Of a stretch of DNA of 64,000 bases, positions 38,301 to 50,869 are shown in pieces. This DNA comes from Octopus sinensis (Eukaryota), in NCBI RefSeq assembly GCF_006345805.1, contig NC_043002.1:56544001-56608000 (forward strand). The letters run 5' to 3'. A program made the position numbers and the translations under genes. Under the pieces are notes generated by a model, which had not been told where the DNA came from, did not search any database, and saw only the letters and a program-made list of their open reading frames with translations. Positions within the stretch are counted from its first letter, which is position 1; each line of letters begins with the position of its first letter.

Positions 38301-39227
38301 CATAAACACAAAGGAGATGACAGAGGACCAAGATAAGTAGTGCATTGCTGTACTTGAGAAGAACTGCCTACAACAGAATTGAGATCCTAAAATCAAAGTG
38401 CCACGTAAAAAGCACAGGAATGGTTCCACTTAAAAAAAGCACCCAGTACACACTGTGAAGTGGTTGGCATTAGGAAGGGCATCCAGCTGTAGAAACCAGG
38501 CCAAAACAGATATGGGAACCAGGTGTGGCACCTAACCATGCCAGTTCTTGTTAAACCATTCAACCCATGGCAGTATGGAAAATGGACATTAAACAATGAT
38601 GATGATATATATACAATGGGCTTCTACACAGTTACCAAATTCACTTCAAAGCATTGATTGGCCAAGGACTACAAAAGAAGACACTCCCCCAAAGTGCTGA
38701 TCAGTGGGACTGAACCTGAAATCAGGGGTTTGCAAAGCAAGCTTCTTAACCACACAATGATGCCTGTGCTTTGGGGTAACTATTTTTGCTACCATAATAG
38801 TTACAGTGAAAGACATTTGTGAGGAAGGCAGACCAAGTTCAACCCAAGAGCAAGTGGTAAACCTGAATCTGAGAATGTTGAACTTCACGGATGAGAGAAG
38901 ATCAGATGAAGATAAATGGAATCATATCGAGTTGCTGACAAGAACTACACATGGTTTTCTCATAAAACGGGCAAAAAATAATGATTATGATGCTGGTGAT
39001 GCTGTAATTGCTTATCAATAATTGTGAAGGCATGTGGCATAATGGTTAGGTATTCAGCTCAAGATGATAAGGTCATGAGTTTCGGTTCCTGGGGTTGTGT
39101 CCTTAAGCAAGATATTTTATTTCACTTTGCTTCAGTCCACTCAGCTGGCAAAAAATGTGCTGTACATGTAATTGAAAGGGGCCAGCCTTGTCACATTCTG
39201 TGTTATGTTCAATCTCCCTGAGAATTA

Positions 39228-39525
39228 CCCTCCAGCCTTCATAAGGTGTCTTGGGAAAATTTCAAACCTGGGTTCTCATTCCTAAGGTATTTTTTGATAT
39301 TATTATTATTTTTATTATTATCATTATTATGCAAAGCAAAAGTCAAACATAAAATAATTATAATAACAATAATAATAACATCGAAAAATACCATAGGAAT
39401 GAGAATCCAGGTTTGAAATTTCCCCAAGACACCTGATGAAGGCTGGAGGGTATATCAACCGAAATGTGTTAACAACAAAGAAGATGAGGACAAATATCTG
39501 TCAAATGTAAATAATGTAAATAATT
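39228..39525. mobile_element. Headless fold-back copy of the HHR element
   Basis: Inverted arms 39228-39330 and 39355-39525; CTGATGA..GAAA near 39433-39464 with stem III deleted. Confidence 0.75.
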
Positions 39526-39642
39526 TTACAGGAATTTTACTGGAGCTGACTCTCATTCAAATTCTTTTGTTGTTGTTGTAGGTGGCATCTATGTAATATT
39601 TACTGTAGAGATATTTTGGTTCATTCTATGTTTGTGTGTGTG

Positions 39643-39682
<40 letters not shown>

Positions 39683-40728
39683 AGGGATTGAGACCACAAC
39701 CAAAAGATGTGATATAATAAATTTCAGGCTAGAGTATCTTGGTTTAGTGTATGGCTGCAATCATTGTCTTATGTTGCATAGTTAGAGATTTAATTCTATT
39801 TTACCAGAGTCGACATTTGAATTAAGATGGAATTGTTAAATAAGCAAAGCACATGAAATAAAATTGTTTGTTTTAGTCATTATACTGTGGCCATGCTGGA
39901 GCACTTGTCTTGGAGAATTTTCAGTCGAATGAATCAATCCCAGAACTTTTATGCTTTCTTAAACCTAGTACTTATTCTATCAGACTCTTTTGTTGAACTG
40001 TTAAGTTAGGGAGGGCTTAAACACATTAGCACCGATTGTCAAGCCATGATGGGGGACAAACACACACGCATATATATATATATGACGAGCTTCTTTCAGT
40101 TTCCGCCTACTGAATGTATTTGCAAGGTTTCGGTTGGCCTGGGGTTACAGTAGAAGACACTTGCCCAAAATGCCACACAGTGAACCTGGAACCATGTTGG
40201 TTGGGAAGCAAGCTTCTTATTACATAGCCACCCCTGTACTACATCAAAAGAAAAAAAAAAGTCTATTCTAATTGTTAGAGTGTGTTTCTTCTCCAGATTT
40301 ATGTTTTTCTAAAAATTATATATATATAAATATATATATAAAACTCACCACCCACACTGAAACACACACACGCAAACACCAAGGCATCCTTCCTTACACA
40401 AGCACTCACATATACATACACAAAGGCACCTCTCCTTACACAAACCCCACGCACTCATACATACAGACATATGTCCACACACACTACCAGCAAGGCACTC
40501 ACACACACATCACCTCACTTTTCCACCACTAAATCTAATTACTAACCTGTTCGCACCACTCCCTCACACTTCACACATATACACACAGACTGGCCATTTT
40601 GCACTCTCCTGCCTTCAAGAACAACTTTCTCCACTTCCAGTCACTTACTTTTTAGCTGTGTAACAACAGATGTTTTTCTCGGACCATTCTTATCCTTCTG
40701 TCCAGACTTTTCCCCCTCTTTCCTCTTT

Positions 40729-40757
40729 CTGATGAAGAGCCATGCTCGAAATGTTAC
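40729..40757 (+). ncRNA. HHR-like core
   Basis: CTGATGA-A-GAGC-CAT-GCTC-GAAA-TGTT (likely CpG-decayed CGTT); stem I not evident. Confidence 0.45.
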
Positions 40758-41043
40758 ACCCACCTTTCCCAACCTGAATCTTTTCCTGAGTGCCAATCTA
40801 ATACACTCACTTTTACTCTTTTACTTGTTTCAGTCATTTGACCGCAGCCATGCTGGAGTACCGCCTTTAGTCAAATAAATCAACCCCAGGACCTATTCTT
40901 TAGAAGCCTAGTACTTATTCTATCAGTCTCTTTTGCCGAACTGTTAAGTTACAGGGACAGAGACACACCAGCATCTGTTGTCAAGCAATAGTGGGGGAAT
41001 AAACACTAACGCACACATAAATGAAGACATATATTTATGTGTG

Positions 41044-41095
<52 letters not shown>

Positions 41096-42462
41096 AATCT
41101 GAAGAATCTACTAGAGTAGATGCAAGCGCTAATATATGATTTATAAAAGCATGACATATTAATAAAAATTTGTAAATATACAACCATCCAGATTTTTGAG
41201 TACCTTATTTTTTCTTATATATATATATATATATATATACACGATAGGCTTCTTCCAGTTTCTGTCAAACCCACTCACAAGGCTTTGGTTGGCCCAAGGC
41301 TATTGTAGAAGACACTTGGCCAAGGTGCCATGCAGTGGGATTAAACCTGGAACCATGTGGTTGGGAAGTAAGCTGTGTATATAATCTTTTACCAGTTCCA
41401 GTCATTAGACTGTGGCACCATCTTGAAGTACTTTAGTCAAACAAATTGATCCCAGTACAATTTTTCCCTAAGTTTGACACTTATTCTATTGATCTCTTTT
41501 GTTAAACTGCTAAGTTATAGGGATGTAAACTCACCAATACCAGTTGTCCAGCATTGGACAATTTTTGACCCCAAGATCTGTAGAAGGCAATTTCTTAATC
41601 AGTGTCTATTCTCTTTTACTTGAATATATTTTTACTTTGCTTCAACCATCAGACTGTGGCCATGCTGCAGTACTGTACTAAAAGAATTTTAGTCAAACGA
41701 ATCAATCCCAGTGCTTTTTCTGGTACTTATTCTATCGGACTCTTGTGCCAAACTGCTAAGTTACAGGTACGTAAACACATGAACACTGGTTGTCAAGTGG
41801 TGGTGGGGGACAAACCGATACAAAGACACTCACATGCACATATATGTATATAGACAATGGGCTTCTTTCAGTCTTTCTCTACCAATCCCATGCACAAGGC
41901 TTTAGCTGACCCGAGGCTATAGATAAAAGACAATTGCCCAAGGTACTGTGTAGTGGGACTGAACCTGGAATCACATAGTTGGGAAGCAAACTTACTTCAC
42001 ACACACACACATGTATATATGTAGTCAAGGCCAATGCCAGAGTCAGTGGCACGTAAAAAGCACCCGCTACACTCTCGGAGTGGTGAGTGTTAAGAAAGGC
42101 ATCCAGCTGTAGAAATCTTGCCAGTCCTCAAACCAGCCCACCCATGCCAACATGGAAAGTGTACATTAAACTATGATGATGATGCATGTGTGTGTGTATG
42201 TATATATATATATAAACAGAATTTCGTCTATATTTACATCATGAGCCTGAAGTGACTATATATAAGGGAACTGTTATTATGTATGTATATCAGAAAAATA
42301 TATACAAGTCAAAACAATTTATTGGCCTTTTATGGTTTCTCAATAATTGTTTATGTCATATAATATTAAGTTATATTATATTCATAGTATATCATGTAGT
42401 ATTATAATATAAATAAATTATTGGATTGTCAACAGTATCACTCTATTTAATTTATCTTTATA

Positions 42463-42845
42463 CTAGCAGTATCGCCCGGCGTTGCTCGGGTTTGTAAGGG
42501 AAATAACTATAAAGCATTTTTAGAGAGTTATAGCCAAAAAATGCATTAAAAATGGAAAAAATATGATAGTAAATTTTTTTTTAAATCGTTGACTCAACGT
42601 AGACATTTTTAGAGAGTTACTTCCCTTATATTTAAAAAATATGCATTAAAATGGAAAAAAATGATGGTAAATTATTTTTAAAATCGTAGACTCATCGTAG
42701 ACGCGCGCTAATACCCAGAAGGGCTCGATATGAATCATGACTATAAGATACCCGGTTTTGGTTAAACTGCACCGCAAAATGTGGGAGTAGTTAGGAATCT
42801 AAATCGGAGTAGACTGACACACAACCTTACTTTTATATATAAAGA
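42463..42845 (-). mobile_element. Non-autonomous Helitron, complete
   Basis: Minus strand A|TCTTTATATATAAAAG ... hairpin CCCGAGCAACGCCGGG, 8 nt, CTAG|T. Inserted between A and T with no TSD; internal direct duplication of about 95 bp. Confidence 0.85.
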
Positions 42846-42860
42846 TGTATTTATGTATAT

Positions 42861-42899
<39 letters not shown>

Positions 42900-42903
<4 letters not shown>

Positions 42904-44662
42904 TCATCATCGTTTAACGTCCGTTTTCTATGCTAGCATCAGTTTGATGGTTCGACTGGGGTCTGGGAAGCCAGGAGGCTGCACCAGGCTACAGTCTGAT
43001 CTGGCAGTGTTTCTAAAGTTTGATGCCCTTCCTAACGCCAACCACTCCGTGAGTGTAGTGTGTGCTTTTTACGTGCCAGTGGCATGGGTATCACAACTAC
43101 AATCTCCATTTGATTTTTATTTTGATGATGTACTTGACTCAGTAGGTCTCCTCAAGCACAGCAGGTCGCCCTACGATCCAAGGTAAGCACAGCAGGCCGT
43201 CCTGCAATCCGAGGTGAAGCTAGTACAAGAAACAGCCATGTTATTTGTTGGGTTTTTGCAGTCACAGCAAATCTCCAGAGGTCTCCGTCTTTCTTCATTG
43301 CCTCTGTGAGGTCCAATGTTTGAAGGTCATGCTTGACCACCTCATCCTATGTCTTCCTGGGTCTACCTCTACCCCGGATTCCTTCAACTTTTTGGGAGTG
43401 GCACTTCTTCATACATCTCTCCTCGTCCATTCATAGTACATGACCATACCAACGCAAACGTCTCTCTTGCACGTCACATCCAATGCTTCTTATATCCAGC
43501 ATTTCTCTTAGGGCGCTTACACTCTGTCGTGTGTGCACACTGACTTTACACATCCAGCAGATCATGCTAGCTTCATTTCTTTCAAGCCTGCGCATGTTCT
43601 CCACAGTCACAGCCCATGTTTCACTACCATGAAGCATGGAAGTTTGCACACATGCGTCGTACAATCTACCTTTCACTTTGAGTAAGAGACCCTTTGTCAC
43701 TAGTAGGGGTAGAAGCTTTTTAAACTTTGCCCAGGCTATTCGTATTCTAGTGGTGACACTCTCTGAGCATCCACCTCCACTACTAACTTGGTCACCGAGG
43801 TAGCAGAAACTATCAACTACTTCTAGTTTCTCCCCCCTGGAGTGTGATGGAATCTGTTTTCTGAGTATCTGTGGTGTCTATTGCCCCTATACATCTGCTG
43901 CACATGAAAGCTATCGTCTTGGTAATTTTCCCTTGATGTTGCTGCACCTCTTATGCATCCATAGCTTACATTGGGTACATCTCATGGAGTTTCTACCTAC
44001 ACCTTTTCTACAGATCGAGCAGTGCCAGCTACCTGAGGGGGTGTGCGATGAGTTTGCCTTCTTACTTACTAGAACTTTGGTCTTTGCTACACTGACTCTA
44101 AGGCCTTTTGATTCTATACCTAGCATCCACACCCGAAATTTCTTTTCTAGTTCCGGTAGTGATTCTGCTATGAGGGCCAGGTTATCAGCATAGTGGAGAT
44201 CCCAGGGGCAACCTGTCTTGAATTTCTCTGTTATTGCCTGGAGGACTATGATGAATAAAAGGGGACTGAGGGCTGAACCTTGGTGGACCCCTACTTCTAC
44301 CCAAAATTCTTCACTATACTCATTGCCAATCCTAACCTAACGGCCTCTCTGTATAGGGCCAGTACAGCCCTTATTAAACATTTATCAATCTCCAGTTTCC
44401 GCATCACCCACCAGTTAAGGGAATGGGAGACCCTGTCAAAGGCTTTCTCCAAGTCCATGAAAGCTATGTAGAGGGGTTTATCTTTAGCTAGGTATTTCTC
44501 CTGCAGTTGTCGAACCAGGAATATGGCATCAGTGGTGCTTCTACCCGGAACAAAACCGAACTGCATCACATCTTAGCAGACTCTCTCCCTAATTAGTTGG
44601 GCTATGACCCTCTTCGTGACTTTCATCAACTGATCCAGCAGTTTGATACCCTTGTAGCAGTT
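42900..44662 (-). mobile_element. 5'-truncated RTE LINE (inactivated RT, PHD-like finger, 3' UTR, (GAT)n tail)
   Basis: YKGIKLL, QFGFVPGRSTTDAIF, FMDLEKAFDRV, GVHQGSALSPLLF, YADN (for YADD, 44181-44192), FCYLGD, MLHGSETW, RRLRWYGHV; several frameshifts. Confidence 0.95.
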
Positions 44663-45995
44663 GACTATGGTGCTCCAGTCATTGGGTATGACCCCATTAT
44701 GAATTACCTAGTTTATATATATATATATGACAAGCTTCTTTCAGTTAGTGACTACCAAAATCCACTTAGAAGGCTTTAGCTTGCCTGAGACTGTAGTAGA
44801 GAACATTTGCCCAAGTACCATGCCTTGGGGTTGAACCTGAAACTGTGTGGTTGGGAAGCAAACTATTTACTGTACATGAATTTTAAAAACCAAAAATACA
44901 ACAATAATTCAGTTTATAATAAAAAAAAAAATGAAAATGATAAAATACACTAACTTTAAAACCTTAAAAACTAAACCATGATCTGTAAATTGACTCAGGT
45001 ATAGCTGTGTGGTTAAGAAGTTCATTTTGTCACCATGTGGTTTTGGGTTCAGTCTCACTGTATGGCACCTAGGACAAGTTTCTTTTATTATAGCTCTGGG
45101 CCAACCAATGTCCTGTGAGTGAATATGGTAGACAGAAACTGTGTGGAAGCCTGTTATGTGCAAGCAACTGTGCTGGTGCCCCCAGTACACTCTGTAAAGT
45201 GGTTGGCATCAGGAAGGGCATCCTGCAGTAGAAACCATGCCAAAAGAGACAACTGGAGCCTGGTGTGGCTCCTGGCATCGCCAGCTCGTCAAAACGTCCA
45301 ATACATGCCAGCATGGAAAATGGATGTTAAATGATGATGATGTGTGTCTCTCTGTATGCCCACCACTGCTTGACAACCAGTGATGGTTTGTTTATGTCCT
45401 AGTAACTTAATGTTTCGGCACAAGCAACTGGTAGAATAAACAGCACCAGACTTTAAAGAAATATATACTGGAGTTGAGTTGCTTCACTAAATCCTTCGAG
45501 GCAGGACCTGACTGAAACAAATAAAAGGGTAAAGCTAAAAGAGAACAGAGAAATCCCCAGACCCCCACCCAACTTCAAAAGCTGCTACAATACCTTAAAG
45601 ACTCATAGCACATGACTTGCATCAATCTATCAATAACATTTTTCAGCAGATAAAATCAGTGCATTTTGGTTATGTGTACAAGTTGTCGTGTGAGACTATT
45701 ATATAACTCAATGTTAACAGCCAACAAGCAAAACAAGGGAAAACCCAGCCAACCCTCATACAAATGGGGACAGCATTTATCTCTTTGCTGTCCACTCCAC
45801 CTTATCCCTTAAGCAGGTCTTTTTAAAGCAGCTGTTCAGAGAATGACCACTTTCAACAGAAAATGATAGGTCATTTACATACAAAAGACAGAGATCAATA
45901 AATCTATATGTGTTCTATTCTCATAAGCAGAAAGTACTTGTCTAGAGCCATGAATGAGAGAGAGAGAGAGCTGAGAGAGAGGAGAGAAAGAGAGT

Positions 45996-46054
<59 letters not shown>

Positions 46055-46879
46055 GAGAAGATACTATCAAACATGTCAGACTGGAGAAGATAGAATGGAT
46101 GAGACAGTGAAGAGAGAGAGAATATACTGTCAGAGATTCAAGACTGGAGGAGAGAGAAACGTACAGAAAGACATAAATAGATAAAGGAATACAGAGATAC
46201 AAGCAGAGGAGGGAAGGAGATAGGAACAAAGTTATATAGTTTAAAGATACATATTGCTGATGTTATGGAATGCACTGTCAGTGATACTTCTGGGTTCTGA
46301 GGAGCTTTTTGGGTCCCCTTGCTTAGTTGACCCAGCTGGGGTTGATCAAGACAGTTTGCATCCCACTGGTCTGCTCTCTTTATCCCAAACCTCCAACTAA
46401 TGGCATTCTCTGCAGCCTCAGTGATGGAACCTATAGGTGCAGAGGTGGCTGTATGGTCAGGAAGCTTGCTTCTCAATCAAGTGGTCTTGGGTTCAGTCCA
46501 ACTGTGTGGCACTTTGGGGGAAGTGTCTTTTACCATAGCACTGGGTTAACCAAAGTCTTGGTAGACGAAAGCTGGAAGCTTTCGAAATACGGATTAGAAA
46601 AACAGCCGACAACTGATGAAGGGTCGTTCTTTGTGTTGTTTGTCTCATTTTCCATTTGTTTCTTTCGTTGTTCACAAAAAAGTTCATATTCTATATATAT
46701 TATATATGCTTGTATGTGTTTGGGTGCATATCCATATATATATACATACTGGTATACATTTGCATTTGTTGTTAAGTAGGAAGTTATGTAATAAGCATGT
46801 GTGCATTACATGTCCACATGAATATACTAGGTTATAGATTAGTATGTATATGTATATGTATGTATTAGTTTTCAATTAT

Positions 46880-46974
46880 TGTTTTATATTATTAATTATG
46901 TATATTATGTCTTAAAGGTAGGTCAACGTGTATATGTGTATGTATGTATGTGTATGCATGTATATGTATGTATG

Positions 46975-47061
<87 letters not shown>

Positions 47062-47225
47062 GTCTAGCTTATACTTATGTAGATATATGTGTTTTTATAT
47101 ATTTAAATTATGATATACAATTACCTGTGTGATTATCTGAGCATGCAAATATGTATAGGTGTATTTTTATATGTGTGTGGATATATTTACTCTTGCATAT
47201 GTATGTGTACATATGGATATATGTA

Positions 47226-47322
<97 letters not shown>

Positions 47323-47785
47323 TATATATATCTATGTGTGTGTATGTGTGGAGTAGTATGTGTTTGCATATGTATATTTGTATGTAAATATGTGTATATG
47401 AACGCTTTGAGGATATATATATATATGTATATATTTATACTAATATGTGGTAGAATATATTATAATATGTGTATGTACATGTTTATGCATGTGACTATAT
47501 GGGTATATTTATATATGCATGTACATATATATGTATGTATAAATTTATGTTATGCGTGGTTATATATGGGTATATATGTTTATCAAACAATATCGTATGT
47601 ATGGAGAATGTAGTGTGTATATACAAATATATTTATAGACATAGGTAAGTCCTCATTTATTTATTTAATAAAAGTGTTGGGTATATAATTATTTTACTTA
47701 TAATTAGTTTATTTGTTTAATTGTAGATCTAAATGCTTTTGATGTATTTATATATACTTGTATATATATATATATATATATATAG
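46880..47785. repeat. Long compound (TA)/(TG)/(TATG) low-complexity tract
   Basis: Alternating purine-pyrimidine sequence throughout; source of the YIYI/CVCV ORFs. Confidence 0.9.
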
Positions 47786-48585
47786 CATCTCTCTGCTAGT
47801 GACACAAAGAAAATCAAGGAAGATTGAAATCACATGATCTGGTGGTCTCAGCACTGGATTTATCTCCCCACTGGCGAGATAATCAAACAAGCGTGCATTC
47901 TGCACCAAAAGCCTATATGAGGATTTCTCTTATGGTATCCACCACAGTATAGTTTGTTCTAAAAGAACATCCATATTTAAGTGGGGATAAATATTACCTC
48001 TTAAAATATATTTTGGATATCTTTCGCTTGTGCTTGAGATCATGGCACTCCCACATTCCTGAGCCTCCAACCCATATTCCTTTCTACTCTAGGCACAAGG
48101 CCCGAAATTTTTGGGGAGGGGGACCAGTCGATTAGATTAATTTATGAACCTTGAAAGGATGAAAGGCAAAGTCGACCTCAGCGGAATTTGAACTCAGAAT
48201 GTAAAGATAGATGAAATACTGCTAAGCATTTTACCTGGTGTGCTAACGTTTCTGCCAGCTTGACACCTTCCTCCAACCCATATTGGCGTTGAATATCTTA
48301 CCCTGGTTTATCACTGGATCATGTCAGCCCTACCGGTGAGGGTCTGTGAGGTACTGGGCAAGCCTTATTGAACTTAAGACTCTAAGTTATGCAATGGCCA
48401 GCAAGGTAACTTTCTGATGCCCAGTTGAGTAGGAGAGTGCCGTGGTGAGCATGGAAGCCATGAGCATGAACCTGAGTGAAGCTGGTGGCTGCTGCAATAA
48501 CCTCATGCATGAGCAATGGCCTTTAATGGTCTTCCTTGGTCATGAGTGGACAGCCATCATCATCACCCCCCCCCCACCACACACA

Positions 48586-49160
48586 CAGGGCCAGATTAAG
48601 ACCTATAGAGGCCTTAAGCACTTAAAAGATTCTGGTGTTCCTGCATATATTTAATTGAAAACTTAAGCAATAATAGAGCATAAAATAAATTTTTGGAGTA
48701 AAGATTCCCTTGTTTGAAAATATAAGGACACAGATCATGTCATATTGCCAGCTGGTGATGATGTCTCCTGGGGCTAAATTACAGCAACATTCGTCCTAAA
48801 CCAGGATAGCCAATCTTTACTCCAAAGTACTGTTGCTGAATATCTCTCATTTTGAGATTTACAAATAGTAATTTTCTAAATAAATTTTTATTTTCCAAAA
48901 TGAAACAAAATTAACAGAAAGATGGAAAATAATATTAATTTTTTATACTTCCACTTTATTTATATTTGAAAAGTTTTCTCCTAGTTTTTTTAATTGCAAA
49001 GTCCTTGACTAAATCCTCTACCTGACACTACGAAATTATTTTAGCAAGTTTAAAGTGATTTCTTTTATGCCATAAACCATTTACCATTCTTGTGGTGCTC
49101 CAACCCACCTTTGATACCCTAAGTATGTGTTTATTTTGCATAATAGTTAATCCAGCACTG
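48586..49160. mobile_element. hAT-type MITE
   Basis: TIRs CAGGGCCAGATTAA / TTAATCCAGCACTG; imperfect 8-bp flanks CACACACA / CACACGTA. Confidence 0.65.
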
Positions 49161-49305
49161 CACACGTATATACATCCCAACCACATGGTTCTGGGTTCAG
49201 TTCCACTGTGTGGCACCTTGGGCAAGTGTCTTCTACTTTTGCCTCAAGTGGACCAAAACCTTGTGAGTCGAGTTGATTGACAGAAACTGAAAGAAGCCTG
49301 TTGTG

Positions 49306-49343
<38 letters not shown>

Positions 49344-49347
<4 letters not shown>

Positions 49348-50322
49348 ACGAATCACCTGCCGTTGCTCAAACTCTTCGGAAAACCCGGGACCCTACCAAG
49401 TCGATCGACGACGATCGACCGACTCGATTGAACGGTGAATTCGCCACGGACTCAGAGAGAGAGAATTCGGTGGGGGGAAGGCGGCAGCGAACTCGGCAAC
49501 CGACGACTAGAGAGAACAACAATAAACAACAGCAGGAAGAGACACAGAGAGACACGGCGGAAGGCAATTTGGCTTACGTTTAACAACAGTAGTTTATAAC
49601 AATTATTACATCAAATACATCAAGAAAATACGTGCAAGAAAACAAGGAAACAACAAATCAAAGCATGCAGATACAGTTCAGATCAAATTAAAACAAATAA
49701 CGTTCACATTAACGATACAGTCCAAAGTTCAAATAATGTCTACATTAGAGTTCTTTTCACAATCTCTTTTCCTTAATTCAGTACTTCTTCCTCCTTTTTT
49801 CAACACATCAATTCTTTTACATTTCAACAATTCTTTTTCCTTCTTTAACACATATCAAAACATAAACAAACACATACCGTTACACAATAGCCAGTGCCCT
49901 CATACCGTAGTCCCTCTCTCTTAGCTCCTTAATCCTATCTGCCTGTCTTCCTCTACGCTGTCATTCTCTCGCTTGTTATCCCTCAGATTCCCTGTCTGTC
50001 TTCCTCTACGCTGTCATCCTCTCGCTCTTCTTGATCCTATCTGCCTGTCTTCCTCTTTCACATTCACTGTCTCCGGCGGAACCACCTGTCACCAACTCGC
50101 TCTGTTCCCCGACTGACCAACAGACTCACAGCTCCTGCTTTTTAAAGGGGTGCTTCCTCGACCCCTCTTTGACCGGAAAAAGGGCAGAGGTCTCTCCGAA
50201 AGTCATTACTCTTTCGTGAATCTAGCAGAACAAAGGATAATAACTTTAGATCCCAGACTTTCAGACTACAAACGAGCAAAGTAGGTCATAGCAGTTGTTT
50301 CCTAATTGACCTCTCCATATCA
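49344..50322 (-). mobile_element. Probable solo LTR inserted in the (TA)n of a SINE A copy
   Basis: TGTTA...TATCA termini, CpG-rich, internal CTGTCTTCCTCTACGCTGTCAT repeats, no recognisable coding region; host SINE halves at 49176-49305 and 50340-50575. Confidence 0.7.
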
Positions 50323-50821
50323 CTATATATATATATATATACACACACATGCGTGTGTGTGAGTTTGTGTCTGTTTGCCCATCACCATTGCTTAACAACT
50401 GGTGTTGGTGTATTTATGTTTCTGTAACTTAGCAGTTTGGCAATAGTGACTGATAGAATAAGTACCAGACTTCAAAAAATAAGTATTGAGGTTGATTTGT
50501 TTGAATAAAAATTTGTCAAGGCTATGCCCCAGCATGGTCGCTGTCTAATGACTGAAACAAGTAAAAGATAAAAGAAACATATTTATATATATAACAAATA
50601 CATAGGCGCAGGTATGCCTGTGTGGTAAGAAGTTTGCTTCCCAACCACATGGTTCTATGTTCAGTCCTGCTGCATGGCACCCTGGGCAAGTGTCTTCTAT
50701 TATGATTTCAAACCGACCAATGCCTTGTGAGTGGATCTGGTAGACAGAAACTGAAGGAAGCCCAGTGTATATATCATCATCATCATTAAACGCCCACTTT
50801 GCATGCTGGCATGGGTTGGAC

Positions 50822-50869
<48 letters not shown>

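Noticed and set aside
46575-46630. GAAA...CTGATGA near 46585-46620
   Set aside because: I could not build consistent stems I-III.
46616-47613. Long ORFs rich in YI/CV/HT (here and throughout the window)
   Set aside because: They are translations of (TA)n/(TG)n microsatellites and SINE bodies.
49367-50219. ORFs inside the CpG-rich block as a host gene or CpG-island promoter
   Set aside because: The block interrupts a SINE and has LTR-like ends; the peptides are not recognisable.
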